Virus record (IMG/VR): IMGVR_UViG_3300028422_000873
Source: a virus
Taxonomy: Duplodnaviria > Heunggongvirae > Uroviricota > Caudoviricetes
Strand: one strand, 5' to 3'
DNA: 64,000 nucleotides
Position numbers and translations under genes: made by a program. Each line of letters starts with the position of its first letter. Positions within the stretch are counted from its first letter, which is position 1. The notes beneath the pieces were generated by a model. The model did no database searches. It worked only from the letters and a program-made list of their open reading frames with translations, and had not been told where the DNA came from. This document shows positions 15,229-24,471 of the stretch, piece by piece.

Positions 15229-15831
15229 ATGGATGAGATATTAGAGAAGAAAGCAGCTGAATTAGAGAAACTTCTAGAAGACCTACAGGCACTAGAACCG
15301 TTAGAAAAAGCCTGTCCGAGATGCGGTAAGCCATCCAAGAACTCATCTAATCCATCTGGTAGATGCGCTTCATGCCTTGAGACACTAGCAGCCAACAAGA
15401 AGAAACCTGGTCACTGGCAGAGAGCTCAGACTAAAGCCGACGACGCCCTTCGTAGACAAGACGGTAAAAACGGAACAGCCTCGAAAAAGTCCTCTGGAAG
15501 AGGTACAAGAAAATCAATAGTAAAACAAATACAATCAGCAGAGAAGAAAACAGGTGAGAAACTATCACCAGATCGTAAAGATAACTCTAAGGGTTATGCT
15601 GCATCAAATACTAGAGCAGTTCCTGAAAAGTTAAATCGCGGACGTCACAAAGTTGACGGTAAGAAACTAGCCGCTTGGAGAAAGAAGGTCAAGAAATCAG
15701 AACTCGAAATAGATGACTTCCTGACACTGCTTCGTAGTCGAGCTTATCAATCAAATCCCGAACTAGCTAAATCTTTGGAAGACTTAACAAATGAAGATTT
15801 AGTAGAATTACTAGATGAGGGAATTCTTTAA
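15229..15831 (+). CDS. zinc-ribbon protein encoded in a locally GC-enriched segment
   Basis: CPRCGKP...CASC zinc ribbon; Lys/Arg-rich middle; DRKDNSKGYAASNTRAV...NRGRH faintly HNH-like; the first about 330 nt are near 50% GC against about 33% background. Confidence 0.45.
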   Translation: MDEILEKKAAELEKLLEDLQALEPLEKACPRCGKPSKNSSNPSGRCASCLETLAANKKKPGHWQRAQTKADDALRRQDGKNGTASKKSSGRGTRKSIVKQIQSAEKKTGEKLSPDRKDNSKGYAASNTRAVPEKLNRGRHKVDGKKLAAWRKKVKKSELEIDDFLTLLRSRAYQSNPELAKSLEDLTNEDLVELLDEGIL

Positions 15832-16084
15832 AGATCTTTTAAACGAACTAATCAGAGACTATCGCTATGCGTATGATAAACGCGAGTATGTCCTCTATTT
15901 CCTAGAGCGCATCATACTATTAAAACCAGCAAGAAAAACTAAACTATATAATACCGTGGTATACGACGGGCAGACGATCAACGACATGCTAGAAGACCAG
16001 CTGTGGTATGTTATGGCAAAACTACACATTCTTGGTCCTATCTGGAGAAAGAGATTCCGCCTCGACAACAAAGAAGATTTATAA
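15815..16084 (+). CDS. hypothetical protein
   Basis: 89 aa. Confidence 0.4.
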   Translation: MREFFKDLLNELIRDYRYAYDKREYVLYFLERIILLKPARKTKLYNTVVYDGQTINDMLEDQLWYVMAKLHILGPIWRKRFRLDNKEDL

Positions 16085-16115
16085 TTTCGTATAATACTGT
16101 AATGAGGAGAATATA

Positions 16116-16331
16116 ATGACTATCGATGAACTAAAAGAGATAATAGATGCTGTACACGCAATCGATCCTCTAATGGAGGTTATGACATATTCCGGTCCTG
16201 AATGTTACGAGCTAGATCATGTCGATGTTAAGAAAGTAAAATATAAAAGACATTATCCGGGTGATTATGCATGGGATGACTGGTTGATTGACGATAGTGA
16301 GGGTTCCAAAGACGTATTATTATTGGAGTAA
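16116..16331 (+). CDS. hypothetical acidic protein
   Basis: GAGGAG RBS; 71 aa. Confidence 0.4.
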   Translation: MTIDELKEIIDAVHAIDPLMEVMTYSGPECYELDHVDVKKVKYKRHYPGDYAWDDWLIDDSEGSKDVLLLE

Positions 16332-16332
16332 T

Positions 16333-16965
16333 ATGAAAAGAGCATGTACTATATGGTTTACCTCAGATTTACACTTCGGACATAAGAGTGTAAAGGATTT
16401 TCAACCTGATAGACCTGGTAACACCGTAAGTGAACACGATGAGGCACTCATCAGAAACTGGAATAAAAACATTGGTCCAGCCGATACCGTTATTGTTCTG
16501 GGCGATGTATTCTTCAGTGGATCGACGTATGCGCGCTCTATAATGAATAGATTAAACGGAAACAAGATACGCGTGAGAGGAAACCACGATAGTTGGTCTC
16601 ACACTCAAGCTATAGCGAGTGGCTTTTCTTTCTCATGTGATTATCTGGAAATGACTATAGCTGGTCAAAAAGTAATACTAAGTCATTATCCTTATAGATA
16701 TACATTCTGGCAAGAAGTTAAAGCCTTTATAAAAAATCCATTTCGTAAGAAACCTCGTTATTCAGAACGTAGACCGAGAAACGAGGGTGAGTGGTTATTG
16801 CACGGTCATACACACTCTTATAAGATACTCAGAAACAAGATGATACATGTTGGAGTAGACGCTTGGAACTATCGTCCGGTACATATATCACATATTGAGA
16901 ACATTATTCAGACTGGAAAACTACCTAAAAATTTACCTAAACAGATTCGAGATAGACAAAGATAG
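16333..16965 (+). CDS. calcineurin-like metallophosphoesterase
   Basis: start at MKRAC (GGAG RBS); motifs DLHFGH, GDVFFSG, RGNHD, GHTH. Confidence 0.65.
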   Translation: MKRACTIWFTSDLHFGHKSVKDFQPDRPGNTVSEHDEALIRNWNKNIGPADTVIVLGDVFFSGSTYARSIMNRLNGNKIRVRGNHDSWSHTQAIASGFSFSCDYLEMTIAGQKVILSHYPYRYTFWQEVKAFIKNPFRKKPRYSERRPRNEGEWLLHGHTHSYKILRNKMIHVGVDAWNYRPVHISHIENIIQTGKLPKNLPKQIRDRQR

Positions 16966-16991
16966 GGTAATATTTTTTTGGAGGGGTAGAT

Positions 16992-17540
16992 ATGGATGTT
17001 GGTTCTTTTATTTGGGGGTTTTTAACATGTACTGGATGTGTACTGATGGTGCTACCTAAGGTAGTAAACAATCATCGTAAAGCAGATAGAGATATTATCA
17101 GGCATCTATCAAATGATGTTGTTATTCTAAAAGATAAAATAAAGTATTTGACAACCAAGAGACAGGTACCCGAGCCTATAATCCCAGAAACCACAGAACA
17201 AGATAACTGGGAAAAACTAAAGAAGATTAATGATCTAGCAAGAGAAATTGATGAACTTAGTGCTCATATAGAGATGCCATCAAAAAATCAACTACACTCT
17301 ATATTTAAGAACGATCTGATTAGAAAGGCCAAGGGGTTGATAGAGCAAAGAGATAATCTTCTATTAGAGATATGGAATAGTGGATTTAATCCATCGATAC
17401 CAGTTGAACAAGAAGATGGTAGTATGGTCAGAATGAATCTAAGAGACGCACTAGCAGACAAATTCAACAGCATAGAGAAAAAAGAACCAAAGAAAAGCCA
17501 TCTTAGACTAGTAAAGGATAACGAAAATGAGGATTCCTAG
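16992..17540 (+). CDS. membrane-anchored coiled-coil protein
   Basis: GGAGGGG RBS; N-terminal TM; coiled-coil remainder. Confidence 0.4.
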   Translation: MDVGSFIWGFLTCTGCVLMVLPKVVNNHRKADRDIIRHLSNDVVILKDKIKYLTTKRQVPEPIIPETTEQDNWEKLKKINDLAREIDELSAHIEMPSKNQLHSIFKNDLIRKAKGLIEQRDNLLLEIWNSGFNPSIPVEQEDGSMVRMNLRDALADKFNSIEKKEPKKSHLRLVKDNENEDS

Positions 17541-17808
17541 AAGAAAACCAGACTGTACTTATGTATCAGATACTGATAATCTTGTTGAGCTGTGGTTCGA
17601 TGAGATGGTTTTAACAACGTCTAAAGACGACGACATTAAGATAATGTGTCTATCTCGCGATGGAGATAAGTTATTAGCTTTTGCTCCAGCTATTGAAAGA
17701 AATAAGAAAACCTATTATCAAAAAGTAGAGCTAGATAGTAAGTGTGTTATTAAAGAATGGCAAGAATATCTAGCAAATAAAGAAATTAACAACATATTGG
17801 AGGAATGA
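17527..17808 (+). CDS. hypothetical protein
   Basis: 93 aa. Confidence 0.4.
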   Translation: MRIPRRKPDCTYVSDTDNLVELWFDEMVLTTSKDDDIKIMCLSRDGDKLLAFAPAIERNKKTYYQKVELDSKCVIKEWQEYLANKEINNILEE

Positions 17809-18086
17809 TGACTCCCGAAGAAGCAGCGAAAAAACTAATTGAACTAGATGCGAGAAAACCAGCGATCAAAGCATACTATGAAGAAGTAGCTGAGTGCCTG
17901 GAAATTCTCGGTGTTGATGCACACTTTCAAGACGACGAAGATGGAACTGTTTTTCTAGTGGAAGAACAAACAGGTCGTTTCGTTACTTTCGATAAACTGC
18001 GATATGTTCGCACTAAGAAAGCAGATGAGGTGCGCGGTGAATTATCCAAGAAAAGAGCTAAAGAACTCGGATACGACGTCGAATAG
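17805..18086 (+). CDS. hypothetical protein
   Basis: 93 aa; GGAGGAATG start. Confidence 0.4.
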   Translation: MMTPEEAAKKLIELDARKPAIKAYYEEVAECLEILGVDAHFQDDEDGTVFLVEEQTGRFVTFDKLRYVRTKKADEVRGELSKKRAKELGYDVE

Positions 18087-18105
18087 TAATTGCGATACAC
18101 TTAGT

Positions 18106-18141
18106 GTCTTCGGTATTTAGTCTAATTCTAATACCGAAGAC
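18106..18141 (+). terminator. 12-bp stem-loop after 17805..18086, with no T-run
   Basis: GTCTTCGGTATT / AATACCGAAGAC perfect inverted repeat with 12-nt loop, followed by GATTTAC rather than a U-tract. Confidence 0.35.
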
Positions 18142-18162
18142 GATTTACATCATGGAGGCGTC

Positions 18163-18804
18163 ATGGAGATTCAGAAAAAAGAAGAATCAAAGAAAAGAAA
18201 GAGAAGACCATATGCAGTGGTTCTTGACTACGATGATACATGTGTAGATTTCATCGGTTTCTTATGTACTCTACATAATCATTTACATGGGACCTGCATG
18301 ACGCGCCGCGATGTTGTAAACTGGTGTTTTAGTGATATCGATATGAAAGATGCGAGAGGGCATACCGTAACAGGTGCAGAATTCAACAGCACATTCAAAG
18401 AATGGGAAAACGACGGATTATATGCATCGTTGCCAGCACTGAAAGATGCTAGAAGAGCAATTGATCTAATGAAAACACTGGGTTACAAGGTTATTATATT
18501 AACAGCTAGAGATGAGAAGTATCGTAAACAGACAGAACTTAATGCTATGCATCAGCATTTAAAGTATGATGAATTACACTTCTCAAATGATAAAGTTAAG
18601 ACCATTCGTGAATTAAGTAAGGTCTATAACATAAAGATGTTTGCTGATGATAAGGCATCTACAGTTATATCTATTGCTGAGAAATGTAAAGTAAAACACG
18701 TTTTCTTGATTGATCAAGAGCATAACTCTGATATAGATGATGATGACATCGTAAGAGTTAAAGATATTATGGAGACGATACGTTATCTCCCGGATGTGTC
18801 TTAA
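18163..18804 (+). CDS. 5'(3')-deoxyribonucleotidase (NT5C family, HAD superfamily)
   Basis: VVLDYDDTCVDF is the HAD DxDx(T/V) motif I in NT5C-like context; ILTAR and FADDKAS downstream motifs. Confidence 0.5.
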   Translation: MEIQKKEESKKRKRRPYAVVLDYDDTCVDFIGFLCTLHNHLHGTCMTRRDVVNWCFSDIDMKDARGHTVTGAEFNSTFKEWENDGLYASLPALKDARRAIDLMKTLGYKVIILTARDEKYRKQTELNAMHQHLKYDELHFSNDKVKTIRELSKVYNIKMFADDKASTVISIAEKCKVKHVFLIDQEHNSDIDDDDIVRVKDIMETIRYLPDVS

Positions 18805-18971
18805 CAGTGAAAGAGTACTCAAGAGAAAATATAGACTTCGAACACGCTTGTCAGTGTGTTTTTGATCTATTAAGGATGATGAGTCGTCTAGATATAGATA
18901 TTTCTAATATTTGGCTTTCTTCGTTTTATATTGATCTTTATGTGTGTTACCACATGACTACGTAAAATCTT

Positions 18972-19002
18972 AACCGATTCGAAATTTTATTGTGATAATA
19001 TA
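18972..19002 (+). promoter_or_regulatory. conserved intergenic motif copy 4 (AACCGATTCGA plus TGTGATAATAT)
   Basis: AACCGATTCGA at 18972-18982; extended -10-like TGTGATAATAT 10 nt downstream; upstream of 19035..19766. Confidence 0.45.
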
Positions 19003-19034
19003 TAAACTTATACGAATCAGTTATCGGAGGAATA

Positions 19035-19766
19035 ATGTTTACAGATAGCGTTTATCAAAATATGGATGAGATATCGCAACTAGTAGAACCTTTTCAATGT
19101 AAGTTCAATGCGGAATTAGCTAAATTACCAGAAGAAATTCAAATCACATATGAGATCTTAGAGAAACATGCGAGATTCCATAGCGGCTCATACGGCATTT
19201 CCTCTTTCCCTGTGGATAGTATTATAGTATTGACATGCCGTGAGGTCGGTGCAAATTACGAGATTCTAAAAGATAGGCGCTATATAGATTATAATGAAGA
19301 TCTATATAAGATATGGATTGAACAAGATGCAACGATAGATTTTGAGAAAAAGACTTTAGCCGGCGACATTAAATTAATTAAGGCAAAAGAGGCTTTAACA
19401 GATGAAGAATTATATAGTAAAGTAATTAATAACTTAGATGGTACACTATACAGTACCATGTATAAAGCTTCAAATGTATCTAAGGCTAACGTCAATGAGA
19501 TAGCTGAAATATTTGATATTGAGGGTGTTAATAAAGTAAAAAGCATTAGAGATAAAAAGAACACCCTGATAAAAGGCTTATTATCGCAGTTTGAAGATCG
19601 TAAGATAAATATACGCGATTTGGAATTAGGTTTTCGCTTTGCAGATTGGATAAAGGCATATCTATGTCGCGGTAACTTAGCTGCTATTAAAAATCTAACA
19701 TTATTTAAGGTGATGATGTTAAACGGTCTGCCGATCTATAGTTTAGATAATGAGGAGCCATTATAA
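19035..19766 (+). CDS. hypothetical protein
   Basis: 243 aa; CGGAGG RBS. Confidence 0.45.
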   Translation: MFTDSVYQNMDEISQLVEPFQCKFNAELAKLPEEIQITYEILEKHARFHSGSYGISSFPVDSIIVLTCREVGANYEILKDRRYIDYNEDLYKIWIEQDATIDFEKKTLAGDIKLIKAKEALTDEELYSKVINNLDGTLYSTMYKASNVSKANVNEIAEIFDIEGVNKVKSIRDKKNTLIKGLLSQFEDRKINIRDLELGFRFADWIKAYLCRGNLAAIKNLTLFKVMMLNGLPIYSLDNEEPL

Positions 19767-20263
19767 TGGATAATCTTAAAACACTTAAAGAGAAGATATC
19801 ACAGTTAAAACCCAGTGATTCTATTTTCCACATTATTAAAGGATGGGGTGACGAACTTAGGTTTGTAAAACTCGGTGTGGAAGAGAATTCTTCTCTCATA
19901 ACAATGGACGATTTCATAAAATATAGATTCTCAGAGTTTTTTAATGGAAACACCATGAGATTCGAGATTGATGAAGAGAAGATATATAATAATGTCATAT
20001 ATGATTATAAACGTGAATTCTTTAGAGTCTTCGATTTAGTGTGTCCAGCTAAGAAACCAAGACAAACTAAGTTTTTTAAAGAATTTGATTCATTCTATAA
20101 TAATATTGTTTATAGTGATAACAGTGGAGATGAGTTAAACAATACCGTGATATCTTTGGTTAATTATTTTAATGCAAACAAAGACAGTATGAATCCAGAT
20201 ACAGTTCATGGTAAAAACATGTACAATCTTCTTCGAGCTTTAATTAAGAAATATAGAAAATAG
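19766..20263 (+). CDS. hypothetical protein
   Basis: 165 aa; TAATGG start/stop overlap. Confidence 0.45.
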   Translation: MDNLKTLKEKISQLKPSDSIFHIIKGWGDELRFVKLGVEENSSLITMDDFIKYRFSEFFNGNTMRFEIDEEKIYNNVIYDYKREFFRVFDLVCPAKKPRQTKFFKEFDSFYNNIVYSDNSGDELNNTVISLVNYFNANKDSMNPDTVHGKNMYNLLRALIKKYRK

Positions 20264-20271
20264 GAGAACAT

Positions 20272-20652
20272 ATGGCGACAAAAACAAGAACAAACAGGGT
20301 CGTTACCAACGAGGACATTGAGAAGTATGACCCCATGATCGAATCATGGTTGCGCAAATCAGTAATTAAAAACTGGAATGAGGCAGATATGGGGAAACAA
20401 AATGGAGAAATATCTTTAGGTAACTCAGGTTACACGATGAATGACATACGTCAGCATCTTAGATGCGAGGTATTGATTGCACTAAAGAACTACGATCCGT
20501 CGCGTAAAGCAAAAGAGAGTACTTTTGTATATGGACATCTCTATAATCGCATCGGACAACTGATGAAAAAATTAACAGGTAAGTCTATGGGGTATGGTGT
20601 ATGGACTAATAACCTCGAAGAAGTATTACAAGAGATAAATATAGACGATTAA
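20272..20652 (+). CDS. gp55-like late-transcription sigma factor (candidate)
   Basis: 126 aa; pattern ...IESWLRKSVIKNW...ISLGNSGYT...EVLIALKNYDPSRK...FVYGHLYNRIGQLMKKL parallels T4 gp55 (...IIDWKTEL...IGLAIML...FNFSGYT...GLHNFDETK...FNAFVQRIKK). Confidence 0.45.
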   Translation: MATKTRTNRVVTNEDIEKYDPMIESWLRKSVIKNWNEADMGKQNGEISLGNSGYTMNDIRQHLRCEVLIALKNYDPSRKAKESTFVYGHLYNRIGQLMKKLTGKSMGYGVWTNNLEEVLQEINIDD

Positions 20653-20777
20653 GAGGTATCTATGTTGAGAATATTTAAAAAGACAGCAGTAGCAATTAAG
20701 ATGCATGTATTTATCTTTATAATGGGGACTATCTGGGTTGATAAAAAATACAATGCTAATTATACAGAGAGATATTA

Positions 20778-21137
20778 ATGAGATTTCTGTTATTAGCAAT
20801 TTTATTACTATGTGGTTGTAGTAAAAATCAAGATATTGCAGATAAAAAGATTTACAATGATCTTAAACCACCTACAAAACACAATGTAAAAACTAATCTA
20901 TTTAGGGTGGGTGACTGTATTATTCATCATCTTGACCTAGAAAACCTTCAAAAAGATATGAATGAATGGGAAAGAGAACCCGTCTTATACTATAAAATAA
21001 CAAAAGTTGGTAAAGTAAAGTATGGCGTACTTGCTTTCGTAACTGACATGAAAAAACCAACACAGGGTCTTCAGCGAATAACCTGGTTAACTAAAAAAGA
21101 CTATCTATTAACTAAGTGCCCTGAGGAGTTACAATGA
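20778..21137 (+). CDS. putative lipoprotein
   Basis: signal peptide with lipobox LLLCGCS. Confidence 0.45.
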   Translation: MRFLLLAILLLCGCSKNQDIADKKIYNDLKPPTKHNVKTNLFRVGDCIIHHLDLENLQKDMNEWEREPVLYYKITKVGKVKYGVLAFVTDMKKPTQGLQRITWLTKKDYLLTKCPEELQ

Positions 21138-21688
21138 ACGTCGTAGTACTATTAGGTCCTCCTGGTTCTGGTAAATCTACTCATGCTAAGTTGTTAGCTA
21201 AGAATATCCCATCGTGTTCTTGGATGTCTATGGGTGATTTACTGCGTGATGAGATAGAATCTGGTAGTGAGATAGGTGAACAAATACAGCGTACAGTGGC
21301 AAACGGCGAACTAGTGCCAAATGATGTATGTTATAAGCTACTTGAACCGTTCTTTCTTAGTTCGTTGCGCGACACGTTTATAATAGATGGTTTTCCAAGA
21401 AGTCTTAATCAAGTTTCGATATTAGATGATTTCTGTATAAAACCTATTATCATAGAGATAAACTGTACTTACGAAATAGTACTTGACAGATTAACGCGCA
21501 GGTGCCGTGACGACGATACAGAAACTGTGATAAAACACAGATACGATGTATATACTTCTGATACTACAGAGGCGATAAAGAAAATGCGCAAAAAGTATAA
21601 AGTATATAAGGTATACGGCGGAGATGACATAGATGTCATTCATGAAAAAATACGCAAGATAATAGAGGAGAACAATGAAGATATATAA
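21134..21688 (+). CDS. nucleoside monophosphate kinase (adenylate/cytidylate kinase fold)
   Basis: P-loop GPPGSGKST; NMP-binding GDLLRDE; LID/CORE GFPRSLNQ; overlaps the upstream and downstream genes by 4 and 14 nt. Confidence 0.6.
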   Translation: MNVVVLLGPPGSGKSTHAKLLAKNIPSCSWMSMGDLLRDEIESGSEIGEQIQRTVANGELVPNDVCYKLLEPFFLSSLRDTFIIDGFPRSLNQVSILDDFCIKPIIIEINCTYEIVLDRLTRRCRDDDTETVIKHRYDVYTSDTTEAIKKMRKKYKVYKVYGGDDIDVIHEKIRKIIEENNEDI

Positions 21689-22493
21689 TAACATTCACGA
21701 CGCTTATTTAGGTACTTTAGCAGATGTATATGATAATCCTGAGTTTGAGTGTGCACCCAGAGGCCAGAAGATTAAAGAGTGTTTGGATTATCAATTTCGT
21801 GTACTGTGTCCAGAGGTAACTCCTATAATCACAAAAGATGAAGAAAGAAACAAAATTATAGCAGAATATACTGCTAAAGAAACAGCATTATACGACTCAT
21901 GCAGTAATAATGTTGAAGATTTTGCTAAAGCAAGTTCATTCTGGAGAAAAATAGCCAACAACGATGGCACTATTAACTCTGCATACGGCTATCTAATATG
22001 GAAAAATAATTCTTGCGGTGATCCTCTTCAAGAGCTGTCTTTTATAGATGATAGTGGGATTAATCCCAGAGTTATGGTTTTAAACTCGCTTACACAGACT
22101 GGTATGAAAGCCCACAGAGAATGTAAACGCACACCATGGGAATGGTGTGTTCAATCATTAAAGGCTGATAAAGATACAAGGCAGGCTCATTTAAAATTTA
22201 GTCTACCAGAGCATCTATGGATAGGTAACAAGGATCAAGTTTGCACATTACATGCTAACTTTCTGATACGTGATGATAAGTTGAATATGTCTGTAGTAAT
22301 GAGATCAAATGATCTTATGTTGGGTCTAGTATATGACCTACCTTGGTTTGTGAGCCTAATGGATAAGATGATCGATGAATTAAAAAGAGATTACCCAAGT
22401 CTAACAAAGGGACACTACACTCATACAGTTCACAGTATGCATATTTATGAACGCGATGAAGAAAAAGTCATGAAGATGCTTGGGAGAGTTTAA
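21675..22493 (+). CDS. thymidylate-synthase-family pyrimidine C5 transferase; Asp at the ThyA Asn177 position suggests a dCMP hydroxymethylase-like enzyme
   Basis: catalytic Cys context VCTLHANF (ThyA PCHALFQF); MRSNDLMLGLVYDLPWF aligns to ThyA QRSADVFLGVPFNIASY with N replaced by D, as in T4 dCMP hydroxymethylase. Confidence 0.6.
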   Translation: MKIYNNIHDAYLGTLADVYDNPEFECAPRGQKIKECLDYQFRVLCPEVTPIITKDEERNKIIAEYTAKETALYDSCSNNVEDFAKASSFWRKIANNDGTINSAYGYLIWKNNSCGDPLQELSFIDDSGINPRVMVLNSLTQTGMKAHRECKRTPWEWCVQSLKADKDTRQAHLKFSLPEHLWIGNKDQVCTLHANFLIRDDKLNMSVVMRSNDLMLGLVYDLPWFVSLMDKMIDELKRDYPSLTKGHYTHTVHSMHIYERDEEKVMKMLGRV

Positions 22494-22903
22494 TGGCCAT
22501 GATTTTTAGTGGAGTAACTATAACTACTACTGGAACTAGTGGTTTAACAACAGAAGAGTATAGCGAGCTGCATGAATTAAGACATGAGCATGAAAATAAA
22601 ATTAAAGATGAGAGACTCCGATTATTTAAAGAATTACCATCAAAGCTACGACAGAAAATAGTTGATAAAGTAATACTTAATAAACTTATAAGAGATATGA
22701 GGAATGTCACGGTAGAGAAAAATGAACGACATAAAGAGTTAAGCAACAGAGCTAATCCTGCATATATCATAGGGGATCATACTGTTTCCTGGGATGCATC
22801 TGCATTTAGAGATAATATTAATGAATTACTTAAATGGTTTACAGAAGAAGAGTTAATAAATGCTCACAATGACGCTTGTGCAGAAGAAATATTATCAACA
22901 TAG
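22493..22903 (+). CDS. hypothetical protein
   Basis: 136 aa; ATGG overlap with the upstream stop. Confidence 0.4.
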   Translation: MAMIFSGVTITTTGTSGLTTEEYSELHELRHEHENKIKDERLRLFKELPSKLRQKIVDKVILNKLIRDMRNVTVEKNERHKELSNRANPAYIIGDHTVSWDASAFRDNINELLKWFTEEELINAHNDACAEEILST

Positions 22904-22911
22904 GAGGGAAT

Positions 22912-23535
22912 ATGGGATGTGATATTCACATGTATGGCGAATATCGTATGGGGAAAGGTGATACATGGAAATTATTACCTGAACATAAATTAGAAATCGA
23001 AGAATACGGAACTCCTGGAGAAGAGGATTACGAGCGATATGAACATATAAAAGAAATAGGCGGTAGCAGAAGCTACTCCCTATTTGGTCTACTAAGTAAT
23101 GTTCGATGCGATGGTCAGATGATAGAAGATAGGGGTTTCCCGGAAAATGCTTCTCCAGAGGTTAGAGCTCAAAAAGAACGTGATGGAATTGACGGTCATT
23201 CACATAATCATGTATCATTAGAAGATTTCAAGAGGGTCATGGAGGAACATAGTAAACTAGTAGAAAAAGAAAATGAATTTTACATAAAAGAGTTCAAAGA
23301 AATGCATGATAGAGGAATTATTACAGAAGAACAATACGAAAGAAGATTACGTATGTTCTCCATAAGAGAAGAGAAAAAACCCATATATGAAAATCCTTTC
23401 AAGAGTTATCAATGGCATAATGTTGTACCATATCTGGAACAATTCATAAAAGATAATACTGTTAATGTCCCAGAAGTAAATGGCTTACTAGATGCGATTC
23501 CAGAAGTTAGACTTGTTTTCTGGTACGACAACTAG
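22912..23535 (+). CDS. hypothetical protein
   Basis: start at MGCDIHM after GGAGGG RBS; 207 aa. Confidence 0.4.
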   Translation: MGCDIHMYGEYRMGKGDTWKLLPEHKLEIEEYGTPGEEDYERYEHIKEIGGSRSYSLFGLLSNVRCDGQMIEDRGFPENASPEVRAQKERDGIDGHSHNHVSLEDFKRVMEEHSKLVEKENEFYIKEFKEMHDRGIITEEQYERRLRMFSIREEKKPIYENPFKSYQWHNVVPYLEQFIKDNTVNVPEVNGLLDAIPEVRLVFWYDN

Positions 23536-23571
23536 AAAAACTACATGAAGAACACTATTTACTAGATACAT

Positions 23572-23602
23572 AAACCGATTCGATTAATATGCATGATAGA
23601 TA
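23572..23602 (+). promoter_or_regulatory. conserved intergenic motif copy 5 (AACCGATTCGA plus TGATAGATAT)
   Basis: AACCGATTCGA at 23572-23582; TGATAGATAT 10 nt downstream; upstream of 23619..24026. Confidence 0.45.
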
Positions 23603-23618
23603 TTTGGAGGTACATATC

Positions 23619-24026
23619 ATGAGTAATCAAAATTTACCAGTTACACAACAAGAAGATTTCATTGCTGAATTAGAAGAAGGCAACATGGATTTATCGGCTC
23701 TTTATGATAAGTCTTTTGTGGTTGCAGTAAACACAGGAGATAGGAATAGGTGTAAGTTGCTTGCAAGTACGCTACGTGGACCATATGATTTTACTGAAAT
23801 GGTAGAACAAGTCGGTAAAATGTATCGTGATAATCAACACCATGCAAAAGTAACCATTCTTCATAGAGAAGAAAATAAAAGAGCTTCTTTTCTTGATGCT
23901 GGTACAACAGACTATATTGAGGCACACTGGGAGAATATCGTGTTTGAGAGTGCCTTTGAATCTGCATTAAATCAGGAGAGGACTATTAAGGCGGGTGTCA
24001 TCACTGAAGAAGAAGATGAGAAGTAG
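23619..24026 (+). CDS. hypothetical protein
   Basis: start at MSNQN after GGAGG RBS; 135 aa. Confidence 0.4.
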   Translation: MSNQNLPVTQQEDFIAELEEGNMDLSALYDKSFVVAVNTGDRNRCKLLASTLRGPYDFTEMVEQVGKMYRDNQHHAKVTILHREENKRASFLDAGTTDYIEAHWENIVFESAFESALNQERTIKAGVITEEEDEK

Positions 24027-24231
24027 ATCACGAGAAAAGTGCTCTAGTCGTCAGATGAAGGTGTATGAAAAACGACAGTTAGTGAAACACCTTAAGAAAC
24101 AGAGTTATCTTAATAAGATAAAAAGACGAGAAGAGCGCTTTAAGCAGATAGAAGATTTAAAAATCAGTCGTCTTCTATTTAAAACATGGTTTATATTGGT
24201 TTATGATTAAGATTTAACGACTTTTCATGGG

Positions 24232-24462
24232 ATGAAAATGGCTAAACCTAAGTATAAATTTAACAACAATAGTGGAAGAAAGGTTGAAAATCGTTGGCGA
24301 AAACAAGAATTAATTAAAGAACGCAAATCTTATGAAAATGCTCGACAATTTAAAGAATGGCGCCAATGGCAAAGAAAAGAAAAAGACAAAAGAATAAGAC
24401 GACAATTAATACACATTTTACAGAGATTAGACAGACGATATGATGGCGTAGGTCTTATATAA
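24232..24462 (+). CDS. small basic protein
   Basis: 76 aa, Arg/Lys/Gln-rich. Confidence 0.35.
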   Translation: MKMAKPKYKFNNNSGRKVENRWRKQELIKERKSYENARQFKEWRQWQRKEKDKRIRRQLIHILQRLDRRYDGVGLI

Positions 24463-24471
24463 GAGGTTTTT

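Noticed and set aside
23995-24210. 71-aa basic ORF overlapping the end of 23619..24026
   Set aside because: It overlaps by 32 nt and has no RBS. It is possible but weak, so it was not listed as a feature.
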